Below are positions 29,060 to 37,808 of a stretch of 64,000 nucleotides of DNA, piece after piece. Below the pieces are notes generated by a model. That model was not told where the DNA came from. It searched no databases and saw only the letters and a list, made by a program, of their open reading frames with translations. How positions within the stretch are numbered: the stretch's first letter is position 1; the number at the start of each line of letters is the position of its first letter. The position numbers and the translations under genes were made by a program. The stretch is from Candidatus Tectimicrobiota bacterium. GTDB taxonomy: Bacteria > JACPUC01. The stretch is taken from NCBI GenBank assembly GCA_016192455.1, contig JACPUC010000001.1, positions 186,001 through 250,000 of the forward strand, in the 5' to 3' direction.

Positions 29060-29803
29060 CTAGTCATTCACCCACACCCGCTCCTCGATGATCCGCCACT
29101 CTCCGCACGGCGCCGGCGCCTGTTGATTCGTGAAAACCGTCACGGTCCCGTCCGAGTACAGCACCCGCTGGTCGGACTGGTAGCATGGACCTGGCAGTTC
29201 CACGAACACGCGCCGCGCGCGCAGCTCCCAATGGCCCCAGAGAGGACGTGGGTCATAAGGCGGGTCGTAGTACGAGTACCACGGCGTGTAACGGGGATAC
29301 ACGACAAGGGGGAAGCCGAGGGAGAGCCCGAAGTGGTACCTGCTCCCATAGTGCCGTCCGGCAAAGAAGGGCCCCCCATGACCGTAGGAGGACGCGTAGC
29401 CTGCGAAGCCCCCCCGCCAGGCGACGGGTTCCAACCTTGCGCGAGGAAAGACTCCGAAGCCGTCACGCCCGGCGCCTCCCCTAGCCCAAAGCTCCGCCCC
29501 CGCGGGCAGGTGCCGAGCCTTCGTAGCCCGGGTCAGGTCCGTCGCCTCCCCCTGCCGGCGGTCTATCACTCTGCCGGCGGGGACCCCCTTCGGCGGCATG
29601 AAGCGGGAAGTTCTCGCCTCTTCCCTCCGCATCCCCGCCAGCCGCGCCGCCGCGCCGTGAACTCCCCTGGCGCCGGAGTTTTGGGCTTCGGCCTTCCACT
29701 GACGCGCGGCTGGGGATTGAGCCGCCGCCAGGCGGGGCGCACCCGGCAGAAGGAGCGCCACGGCGCCCAAGCTCACAAGGGCGAGCATTCCTTTTCGTGC
29801 CAT
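29060..29803 (-). CDS. Secreted Gly/Tyr/Pro/Arg-rich hypothetical protein
   Basis: Signal peptide MARKGMLALV...AAA; low-complexity middle; GHWE...RVWV C-terminal region with two Cys. Confidence 0.55.
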   Translation of the reverse strand: MARKGMLALVSLGAVALLLPGAPRLAAAQSPAARQWKAEAQNSGARGVHGAAARLAGMRREEARTSRFMPPKGVPAGRVIDRRQGEATDLTRATKARHLPAGAELWARGGAGRDGFGVFPRARLEPVAWRGGFAGYASSYGHGGPFFAGRHYGSRYHFGLSLGFPLVVYPRYTPWYSYYDPPYDPRPLWGHWELRARRVFVELPGPCYQSDQRVLYSDGTVTVFTNQQAPAPCGEWRIIEERVWVND

Positions 29804-30278
29804 CGCGTCGTTCCCTCCGAGGAATATGACGGTCCCACGCACCCCACTGCTCGTCACAGCTAGTTTGACAAGGGCGAGGCAGAGAGTGTTGCAGGAATTC
29901 ACGACTTTTCCGGGGTTACAAGGGGTGGGGAGGGAATGCAGGGGCAGGTTCCAGCGATGATCCCCCGCCGGCTCCGGCATGGCTGATCTCCAGAGAGTTC
30001 GCCGGCGGCGGACGGGGCGTGGCGAGATGCGCTCGGGGGGGACGTCCTGCTCCTTGTTGGAGGCGGGCGGCGAAGTCCGGCGGCGCCTTCCCGCCGGGTG
30101 CGGGCGCCCTTCCCCATGCCGCGGCGCGCCGCGGCGTCAGCGCTTCCTGCAGGCCGGAGGGAGGTGCAATCGCCATGCACTTCGACTATCCTCAGTCTGC
30201 CGCCCCCCAGCATCACAGGGAAGCGTGAACATGTGACTTTGCGGGCCGGATCATCCGCCGCATTGGGAAGGAGGAGGA

Positions 30279-31274
30279 ATGATGATGCACGCGCGTATTC
30301 TGGCGAGAGCGATTGCGGTGAGCCTTGCCCTCGGGCTCCTCATCGCGGCGACCCCCATGGCAGGCGCGAAGACCACGCTGAAAGCCCTCTATTTCTTGGG
30401 CAAGCCCCAGGACATGGCGGTCTGGGCGATCAAGAAGGGGATTGTGAAGTCCGACGCCGTCGAGGTGGAGTTCAAGACCGGCGACATCTCGGCCCTCATC
30501 CAGGCGCTGGGCGCGCGGACCTATGACGTCATCGAGACCTCCGCCCTCGCCGTGCCCCGCGCCAACCTGCGCGGCCTGCCGCTGCGCGTCCTTGCGAGTG
30601 GCGGCCGCGTGGCAGGTGGGCAAGTGGTCCTCGTCAAGAAGGACTCGCCCTTGAAAACCGCCGCGGACCTGAAGGGCAAGAGCCTCGCCATCAGCTCGCT
30701 CGGCTCGACCTCCGTGGCGTTGATGCGGCTGGCGCTGTGGAAGAAGTACGGCCTCAATATCGCCGAGCAGGGCGGGGATATCGTCTGGAAGGAGATCCCT
30801 CTGCCGACCATCCCCACCGCAGTCCAGCGCGGTCAACTTGATGCCGGCTACACCCTTCAGGACGCCTCCGCGAAGAGCCTCGAGTCCGGCGAGTTCAGGG
30901 TGCTCATGGATGCAAGTGTGGACTATGAGTCGACGTTCAAGGCCCAGTACCTGCCGTCGGTGTGGGTGACCTACGAGACCACGATCAAAGAGAAAACGGC
31001 GGCCATGAAAGAGTTCCAGCGCATGTTCTACGAGTCGGTGAAGTACGGTCGCGAGCACCTCGACGAGATGACGGCCGACATCGCCAAGAAGGAGAATATC
31101 AGCCAGAAGCTGCTGAAGACCCTGGCGGCGTGGAACGTGCTGAGCGGCAAGCTGACGCCGGAAGAGATCGCCGCCTACGAGACCTTCTTCCGCATCTCGA
31201 AGGAAGCCGGCATGCTGCCGGAGTACCCGCCCATCAACAGCATGATGTGGCTTGGCTACTGGGAGAAGAAGTAA
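30279..31274 (+). CDS. ABC-type substrate-binding protein (NMT1/SsuA/THI5-like), no adjacent permease
   Basis: Signal peptide; KDSPLKTAADLKGKSLAISSLGSTS; GQLDAG. Confidence 0.8.
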   Translation: MMMHARILARAIAVSLALGLLIAATPMAGAKTTLKALYFLGKPQDMAVWAIKKGIVKSDAVEVEFKTGDISALIQALGARTYDVIETSALAVPRANLRGLPLRVLASGGRVAGGQVVLVKKDSPLKTAADLKGKSLAISSLGSTSVALMRLALWKKYGLNIAEQGGDIVWKEIPLPTIPTAVQRGQLDAGYTLQDASAKSLESGEFRVLMDASVDYESTFKAQYLPSVWVTYETTIKEKTAAMKEFQRMFYESVKYGREHLDEMTADIAKKENISQKLLKTLAAWNVLSGKLTPEEIAAYETFFRISKEAGMLPEYPPINSMMWLGYWEKK

Positions 31275-31502
31275 GGGTCGGACGGCCGCCGCGCCGGCGC
31301 CTCCTCGCGGTTCAGGCGCGGCGGCATCCCCTCCGACGCGCCTCGCTGTCGGGGCGCTGGCGAGACACCGCATCAGCGGCAGGGCGCGTGCCGGCGGTCG
31401 CAAGCCGGCCGACGGTGCGCAGCCGGGGCCGGGGATCGGTGCTTGCCCAGCCGCGACCCACTCCGTGGCCCGGCTGCCTCCCTGCTTATAGCTGGAGATT
31501 CC

Positions 31503-32036
31503 ATGGCCATCCTGCCGCCGTTGAACTTTCAGCGCTGGATCGACGAGCACCGCCACCTCTTGAAGCCGCCGGTTGCAAGCTGCGACGTCTATGCGCCCGG
31601 CGACTTCTTCGTCCTCGTCATCGGCGGCCCGAATCGGCGCAACGACTTCCACGTCGGGCCGGGCGAGGAGCTCTACTACCAGGTCGAGGGGGAGGCGGAT
31701 ATCCTCTACCTCGATGCCGAGGGGCGGCGCCAGGTGGCCCATCTTGGGCCGGGGGACATGTGGCTGCTGCCGGCCTGGGTGCCGCACCGTCCCCAGCGCA
31801 AGCCCAACTCCGTCGGCCTTGTCGTCGAGCGCAAACGCCGCGCCGACGAGCTGGACCGCTTTGCCTGGCACTGCGAGCGCTGCGGTCTCCTCCTCCATGA
31901 AGTGAAGCTGCACCTGGCGGAGATGGAAAACCTGATGAAGCCGATGATGGAGTCGTTCTACGCCAACGAAGAGCTGCGCACCTGCAAGCGCTGCGGCGCC
32001 GTCCTGCCGGAGCCGAAGCCGTATGGCGTGCCGTAG
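31503..32036 (+). CDS. nbaC: 3-hydroxyanthranilate 3,4-dioxygenase-like cupin
   Basis: LLKPPV, GGPNRRNDFH, EELYYQ, VPHRPQR and a rubredoxin-like CERC...CKRC site. Confidence 0.9.
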   Translation: MAILPPLNFQRWIDEHRHLLKPPVASCDVYAPGDFFVLVIGGPNRRNDFHVGPGEELYYQVEGEADILYLDAEGRRQVAHLGPGDMWLLPAWVPHRPQRKPNSVGLVVERKRRADELDRFAWHCERCGLLLHEVKLHLAEMENLMKPMMESFYANEELRTCKRCGAVLPEPKPYGVP

Positions 32037-32095
32037 CGTGGCTCACCTGGCAGGGCCTGTGGATGAGCCGCCGGCAATGCGTGGAAAGAGGCGTG

Positions 32096-34174
32096 ATGAA
32101 GTTTCGCCTTGGCATAGATGTCGGGGGGACGTTTACCGACTTCGTGCTCATGGATGGTGAGGGAGCGCTCTGGCCCTTCAAGGTGCCGACGACGCCGGCG
32201 GACCCCTCCCAGGGGCTCCTCGAGGGGCTGCGCGCCATCGCGGCGGCGCGGCGGGTTGAGCTGCGCGACTTCCTGCGCGCGGTCGAGGTGATCGTCCACG
32301 GCACCACGGTGACGACCAACGCCCTGCTCACCGGCCAGGGGGCCAGGACCGGCCTGCTCACCACGAAGAACTTCCGCGATGCCCTGGAGATGCGGCGCGG
32401 CATCCGCGAGGAGCGTTATAACAACCGCTACCGTCCGCCCGACCCCCTGGTGCCGCGCGACCTGCGGCTGCCCGTCGAGGAGCGCCTCGACCACACCGGC
32501 GCGGCGCTCACGGCGTTGCGCGACGACGACGTGCGCGCCGCCTGCGCCGCCTTCCGGGACGAAGGGGTGCGGGCGGTGGCCGTCTGCTTCCTGCACGCCT
32601 ACGCCAACGGCGCGCATGAGCAACGCGCCGCGGAGCTCGTCCGCGAGCACCTCCCCGACGCCTACGTCACGGTCTCCTCCGAGCTGCTGCCGCAGCCGCG
32701 CTTCTACGACCGCATCAGCACCACCGTCGTCAACAGCTACGTCGGGCCGGTATTGCGGCGCTACCTGCGCAGCCTGACCGCCAGCCTCGCCGACGCCGGC
32801 TTCACGGGCCACCTCCTCGTCATGGCCTCGAACGGCGGCGTCCTGACGCCCGAGGTGGCGCAGCGCATGGCCGCCACCTCGCTCCTCTCCGGCCCCGCCG
32901 CCGGTCCGCTTGCTGGAGCGCGCTTCGCCGCCCATCACCAGCACGCGGACTGCATCACCGTGGACATGGGGGGCACAAGTTTCGACGCGGCCCTGGTGAA
33001 GGACGGGGCCCCCTTGACGGTGCGCGACGCCCGCCTGAACCGCCACCTCGTCGCCCTGCCGATGCTCGGCATCCACACCATCGGCGCGGGCGGCGGCAGC
33101 ATCGGCTGGATCGACGCGGGCGGCTTCCTGCGCATGGGACCGCAGAGCGCCGGGGCCGATCCGGGGCCGGCCTGCTACGGCCGCGGCGGCGACCTGCCCA
33201 CCGACACCGACGCCTGCCTGGTCCTCGGCTACCTCAACCCGGACTACTTCCTCGGCGGCGAGCTGCGCCTCGATGTCGAGGCGGCGCGCCGGGCCATCCG
33301 GCGCCGCATCGCCGAGCCGCTGGGCCTCGGCGTCGAAGCGGCGGCGGCGGGGATGTTCCGCATCATCTGCGTCAACATGGCGGCCGGCATCCGCGAGGTG
33401 ACGGTCGAGCGCGGCCTGGACCCGCGCGATTTCCCCCTCGTCGTCGCCGGCGGCGCGGGGCCGGTACACGCCGCCGCCATCGCCCGCGAGCTGGACATCC
33501 CGCGCCTCATCGTGCCGAAGGAGTCCTCCCTCTTCTGCGCCTACGGCATGCTCCTCTCCGACTTCAAGCACGACTTCGTCAACGCCGCTTACGGACGCCT
33601 CGCGGAGCTGGCGCCAACGGTCTTCCCGCGGGTGTTCCGCGACCTTGAGGAGCGGGGCGCGCGGCTGCTGGTGCAGGAGGGCATCGCCGCCGAAGCGGTG
33701 GAGCTTCGCCACGCCATTGACCTGCGCTACGAAGGCCAGATCGACGAGGTGGAGGTGCAGATTACGCGCCGCGAGGTGGAGACCGCCGACGTCACCTCCA
33801 TCACGCGGAAATTCCATGAGCGGCACGATCAGCTCTACGGCTACGCCCTCGAGGGGGAGACCGTCTGGATGCTCAATGCGCGGCTCACCTGCATCGGCCA
33901 CACCAGCAAGCCGCCGCAGAAGCCAGCCGAGCCGTCCGGCGAGCCGATCGAGGCGCTGCGCAAGGGCTGGCGGCGCGTCGCCCTGCCCGGCGACGGCGAG
34001 TTCCGCAAGGTGCCGGTGTACGACGGCGACCGCATGGGCGCCGGTCACAGCCTGCGGGGGCCGGCCCTCGTCGAGCAGGTGACCACCACCTTGCTCCTCC
34101 CCCCCGGCTTCAACCTGCACTGCGACCCCTACGGCAGCTACGTGCTGACGGCGGCGCGGGAGGGGTCACCGTAA
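32096..34174 (+). CDS. Hydantoinase/oxoprolinase subunit A (ATP-binding)
   Basis: GIDVGGTFTD, HGTTVTTN, SGPAAG, DMGGTS, GAGGGS. Confidence 0.93.
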   Translation: MKFRLGIDVGGTFTDFVLMDGEGALWPFKVPTTPADPSQGLLEGLRAIAAARRVELRDFLRAVEVIVHGTTVTTNALLTGQGARTGLLTTKNFRDALEMRRGIREERYNNRYRPPDPLVPRDLRLPVEERLDHTGAALTALRDDDVRAACAAFRDEGVRAVAVCFLHAYANGAHEQRAAELVREHLPDAYVTVSSELLPQPRFYDRISTTVVNSYVGPVLRRYLRSLTASLADAGFTGHLLVMASNGGVLTPEVAQRMAATSLLSGPAAGPLAGARFAAHHQHADCITVDMGGTSFDAALVKDGAPLTVRDARLNRHLVALPMLGIHTIGAGGGSIGWIDAGGFLRMGPQSAGADPGPACYGRGGDLPTDTDACLVLGYLNPDYFLGGELRLDVEAARRAIRRRIAEPLGLGVEAAAAGMFRIICVNMAAGIREVTVERGLDPRDFPLVVAGGAGPVHAAAIARELDIPRLIVPKESSLFCAYGMLLSDFKHDFVNAAYGRLAELAPTVFPRVFRDLEERGARLLVQEGIAAEAVELRHAIDLRYEGQIDEVEVQITRREVETADVTSITRKFHERHDQLYGYALEGETVWMLNARLTCIGHTSKPPQKPAEPSGEPIEALRKGWRRVALPGDGEFRKVPVYDGDRMGAGHSLRGPALVEQVTTTLLLPPGFNLHCDPYGSYVLTAAREGSP

Positions 34175-34286
34175 TGAATTATCACCATGACAGTCTGCGT
34201 TTGCTATACTCAACTTGAAGCATCTTCCTGCATAGAGGGTCTGCCGAGAACGTTCGGTTGAGCGCCGTAGAGGGGGCGAACATCTC

Positions 34287-35027
34287 ATGGGACGTAAATA
34301 CAAGAATCCTCCGCTTCTTGAAGTTGTCTGTGAATTTCGCTTCGATCCAAATTCACCTTGGGATCTTGCTATTCCTGGTCTCATTTATGAAAAGCTACGC
34401 AACACCTTCCCCAAGAGAAGGCAGACTAAGTTATATGAAGGTGCTGTCTCCGCAGGACCCGAAGGTGTGCAACAGCAGATTAAGGAGAAAGAAGGCCTAC
34501 GATTTTTGCGAGAAGATGGGGCAGCGTTTCTTCAGTTGAGCCCCCATCTCCTGGAAGTTCATCATCTAAAACCCTATCCCACCTGGGAAGGCTTTCTACC
34601 TCTGATTGATAAGTCTATAAGAGTTTACATCGATATTGCTAGTCCTTCGAGGCTACAACGAATTGGATTGCGCTATATTAACCGGATTGATCTTCACGGA
34701 GTTGAGGTGAAATTGGAAGATAACTTTAATCTCTATCCATTCGTTGGTTCCCAGCTAGGGAATTTCGGTCACTTCTTTCTTGGACTCAAGATTCCCTTTG
34801 AACGTGGAAGAGATCTTCTTCAAATTCAGATGGCCATGTTGATGCCAGACAAGCCTGACGTCATCCCGATTCTGCTCGACCTGGATTATTTTCTCGCGCA
34901 ACCTGGCCAATTGAAGCTGGGGGATCAAATTGCTTGGCTAAATCAAGCGCATGAACAGATTGAACTTAAATTTGAAGGCTGTTTGAAGGACAGCCTGCGA
35001 GAACAGTTCGAGGAGGTAAAGAGTTAA
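34287..35027 (+). CDS. TIGR04255 family protein
   Basis: YKNPPLLEVVCEFRF, PYPTWEGF, RIGLRYINRI, LDLDY signature motifs. Confidence 0.85.
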   Translation: MGRKYKNPPLLEVVCEFRFDPNSPWDLAIPGLIYEKLRNTFPKRRQTKLYEGAVSAGPEGVQQQIKEKEGLRFLREDGAAFLQLSPHLLEVHHLKPYPTWEGFLPLIDKSIRVYIDIASPSRLQRIGLRYINRIDLHGVEVKLEDNFNLYPFVGSQLGNFGHFFLGLKIPFERGRDLLQIQMAMLMPDKPDVIPILLDLDYFLAQPGQLKLGDQIAWLNQAHEQIELKFEGCLKDSLREQFEEVKS

Positions 35028-35503
35028 TGGGCCTACTTGTTCCTGACCCAGCGATGACGGAAGAGGGGTTTTCATTCTCTCCACCGTCAGCCGCGAATTG
35101 GATCGACGAAACACGCTCTGTACAGGCCTCCACTTCCGAATCGCTCCAGCTCCCTAAAGACCCTTGGAGCGAGTCGGTTTGGATTAACTTGCTCAGATCG
35201 TTCTATCAGTTCAGTAATACCACTGACGTCATAACTTTCTTGATAGTGAATCCCTTTCTGATTGGGCTCCTACTTGATGCTACAGAACAAATTAGGGAAT
35301 GCGTCGGTCAGAATGTCGAGCTTGTGCTTAGGTTTGTTTCTGAACCAGAAGAAGATGATTCTGAGGAGCTTTTTGTGTTCATTATGACGGGACTTCCCGT
35401 AGAAGAAGCCCTGAAGCGTTTGAATGTTCTCCATGAGAAATGGTGGCTTGAAGCTTCCTCTCGTGGTCGTTGCTTACTAAACATCGGCTTGGGGTGGACA
35501 TAA
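35027..35503 (+). CDS. Hypothetical protein, possible degenerate MNT-like HEPN partner
   Basis: Translationally coupled to the previous gene (TAATG); NPFL...EPEE...EEALKRL...KWWL pattern. Confidence 0.6.
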   Translation: MGLLVPDPAMTEEGFSFSPPSAANWIDETRSVQASTSESLQLPKDPWSESVWINLLRSFYQFSNTTDVITFLIVNPFLIGLLLDATEQIRECVGQNVELVLRFVSEPEEDDSEELFVFIMTGLPVEEALKRLNVLHEKWWLEASSRGRCLLNIGLGWT

Positions 35504-35505
35504 GT

Positions 35506-35865
35506 ATGTTCGACTGGGGTAGCTATCTCATATTCGCCAAGGAGCTCGTGGAACGCCGCGATGAAGCCGCACAGCGATCCGCCGCCAGTCGAGCGTACTA
35601 TGCCGCCTTTTGTAAGGCGCGAAATCGCCTCCGACAAAAGGGAGTTATACATAAAGAAGACAGAATTGGTCATACGAGGCTCTGGAGGATCTACAGGGCG
35701 GATCCGGAATTCGCCACTCGTCGTATTGGGTTAAATGGTGATCATATGCATGAAATAAGAAAAGAGGTTGATTATGAAGACACAGTTGTCGACTTACCTT
35801 ATAAGGTTAAGCTAGAAATCCAGATGGCAGAGGAATTACTTGAACAGTTGCTTTCGCTTCCTTGA
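35506..35865 (+). CDS. HEPN-domain protein
   Basis: MFDW..YL, RSAASRAYYAAF, GH, RKEVDY motifs. Confidence 0.8.
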   Translation: MFDWGSYLIFAKELVERRDEAAQRSAASRAYYAAFCKARNRLRQKGVIHKEDRIGHTRLWRIYRADPEFATRRIGLNGDHMHEIRKEVDYEDTVVDLPYKVKLEIQMAEELLEQLLSLP

Positions 35866-35913
35866 AAGATAAAGGGCGGAAAAAGGTTATCAACTAGCCG
35901 AAGAAAGTCTGCA

Positions 35914-37680
35914 ATGGAAATAGCCCCAGCCTGTCAAGAAACCCAGTCCAACCCCATCGACCCCATCCTCCTGCCGGTGCTGCAGCGGCGGCTGCGTCTG
36001 ATCTGCGAGGAGATGGGCTACAGCCTGCTGCGCACCTGCCGCTCGCCGATCCTCAACCAGGCGCGCGACTTCGTCACCGGGCTGTTCGATCACCGCGGCC
36101 GCATGCTCGAGCAGTGCGACTACATCCCCGTGTTGGCCTTCGCCCTGCAACCGGTCTGCGCCCACCTTGTGGACTACTTCGGCGACGACCTCCACGAGGG
36201 GGACGTGATCATCCACAACGATGTCTATACGGGCGGCAACCAGATGGCCGACGTGGCCATCTTCAAGCCGATCTTCGTCGATGGCGAGCAGGTCGCCTGG
36301 GCCGCCTGCAAGGGGCACCAGGCGGACATCGGCGGGGCCCTGGCGGGGAGCTACAACCCGCAGGCGCGCGAGGTCTGGCAGGAGGCGCTGCGCATCCCGC
36401 CGGTGAAGCTCTACGACGCCGGGCGCCTGCGGCGCGACGTCTGGGACCTCATCTTCGCCAACATCCGCTTCGAGATCGTGCAGCACGACATCACGGCGGC
36501 CATCGGCGGCTGCACGGTGGGCGAGCGTGAGGTGATCAAGCTGGTGCGGCGCTACGGCCTCGCTGCCTTCCGCGCCCACGCCGAGGAGCTCTTCGCCTGG
36601 ACCGAGCGCATGATGCGCGCCGAGATCGGGCGCATCCCCGACGGCTCCTACATCGGCGAGAGCTTCATGAACGATGACGGCGTCACCGAGGGCTCCCGCT
36701 ACCGCATCGTCGTCACCGTCACCGTGCGGGGCGAGGAGATCACCTTCGACTACACCGGCACGGACGCGCAGGCGCCGGCCTTCACGAACTGCTCTTACGG
36801 CTCGGCGGCGGCGGCCACGCTGCTCACCTTCCTCATGCACGTCAACCCCGACCTGCCGCGCAACGCCGGCATGCTGCGCCCCATCCGCATCTCCATCCCG
36901 GAAGGCACCTTCCTCAACGCCCGCTATCCCGCCGCCACGACCTTCGGCAACCAGATCGCCGATCCGCACTCGGAGGCGATCTTACGGGCCCTGGCGCAGG
37001 CCATCCCGGAGCGCGTCACGGCGGCCTGGAACCGCCTGCTGGCGCCGCGCCTCACCGGCCGCGACCCGCGCACCGGCAAGGTCTACCACGACGTCCTCTT
37101 CCTGGCCCTGAAGGGCGGCTCCGGCGCCACCCACGGGGTGGACGGCTATGACCACATCGGCACCATCGGCTGCGCCGGCGGCATCCTGGCGCAGGACTAC
37201 GAGATGCTCGAATTGCAGGACCCCCTCTTCCTCCTCAAGCATGAGTACCTGCCCGACTCGGCCGGCGCCGGCGAGTGGCGCGGCGGCCTGGGGGTGGAGA
37301 CCGTGGTGCGGCTGGAGGGCGACGAGACGACGATCGTCGTCCATGGCGACGGCATGCGCGAGGGAGCCTTCGGGCTGTTCGGCGGCACGGCGGGCGCGCC
37401 CAACAAGTTGGAGGTGACGAGCCCCGACGGCGGCACGCGGCGGCCGCGCTGCAAGGACCTCCTCGAGCGCCTGCCGCGCGGCACCATTCTGCACCAGCGG
37501 CAAGGAGGCGGGGGCGGCTACGGCGACCCGCGCCGCCGGCCGGCGGAGCTGGTCCTCCAAGAGGCGCGCAACGGCGTCATCTCCGTGCGGCAGGCCCGCG
37601 AGCAGTACGGCGTGGTCATCGACCCCGCAAGCTGGAGCGTCGATGTCCAGGCGACCGCAGCCCTGCGCGGCGCCGGCTGA
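35914..37680 (+). CDS. Hydantoinase/oxoprolinase subunit B
   Basis: EEMG...SP, NDVYTGGNQMAD, GHQADIGG, DSAGAGEWRGG, GGGGYGDP. Confidence 0.93.
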   Translation: MEIAPACQETQSNPIDPILLPVLQRRLRLICEEMGYSLLRTCRSPILNQARDFVTGLFDHRGRMLEQCDYIPVLAFALQPVCAHLVDYFGDDLHEGDVIIHNDVYTGGNQMADVAIFKPIFVDGEQVAWAACKGHQADIGGALAGSYNPQAREVWQEALRIPPVKLYDAGRLRRDVWDLIFANIRFEIVQHDITAAIGGCTVGEREVIKLVRRYGLAAFRAHAEELFAWTERMMRAEIGRIPDGSYIGESFMNDDGVTEGSRYRIVVTVTVRGEEITFDYTGTDAQAPAFTNCSYGSAAAATLLTFLMHVNPDLPRNAGMLRPIRISIPEGTFLNARYPAATTFGNQIADPHSEAILRALAQAIPERVTAAWNRLLAPRLTGRDPRTGKVYHDVLFLALKGGSGATHGVDGYDHIGTIGCAGGILAQDYEMLELQDPLFLLKHEYLPDSAGAGEWRGGLGVETVVRLEGDETTIVVHGDGMREGAFGLFGGTAGAPNKLEVTSPDGGTRRPRCKDLLERLPRGTILHQRQGGGGGYGDPRRRPAELVLQEARNGVISVRQAREQYGVVIDPASWSVDVQATAALRGAG

Positions 37681-37808
37681 GGAGTGGACCGCGCACCGGC
37701 GCACGTGGCAAGCCCATGGCCGTGGGTTGCCGCGTCGCGCAGGAAACATCCGGTTGTGCAGAGAGGGCAGGCCTCGCGCCTAGCCCGAAACGATAGATAG
37801 GAGCGCAG

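Larger units (their letters stand above)
34175..35913. mobile_element. Low-GC three-gene islet inserted between hydantoinase A and B
   Basis: Abrupt shift to AT-rich composition and codon usage; no integrase or transposase present. Confidence 0.7.

Noticed and set aside
31958-34120. 720-aa minus-strand ORF (likewise 38559-40571 and 41693-44248)
   Set aside because: Antisense shadows of well-supported hydantoinase and slt genes
34192-35912. AGTCTGC direct repeat near both islet ends as a target-site duplication
   Set aside because: Only 7 bp, plausible by chance, and excision between the copies does not restore an in-frame subunit B start
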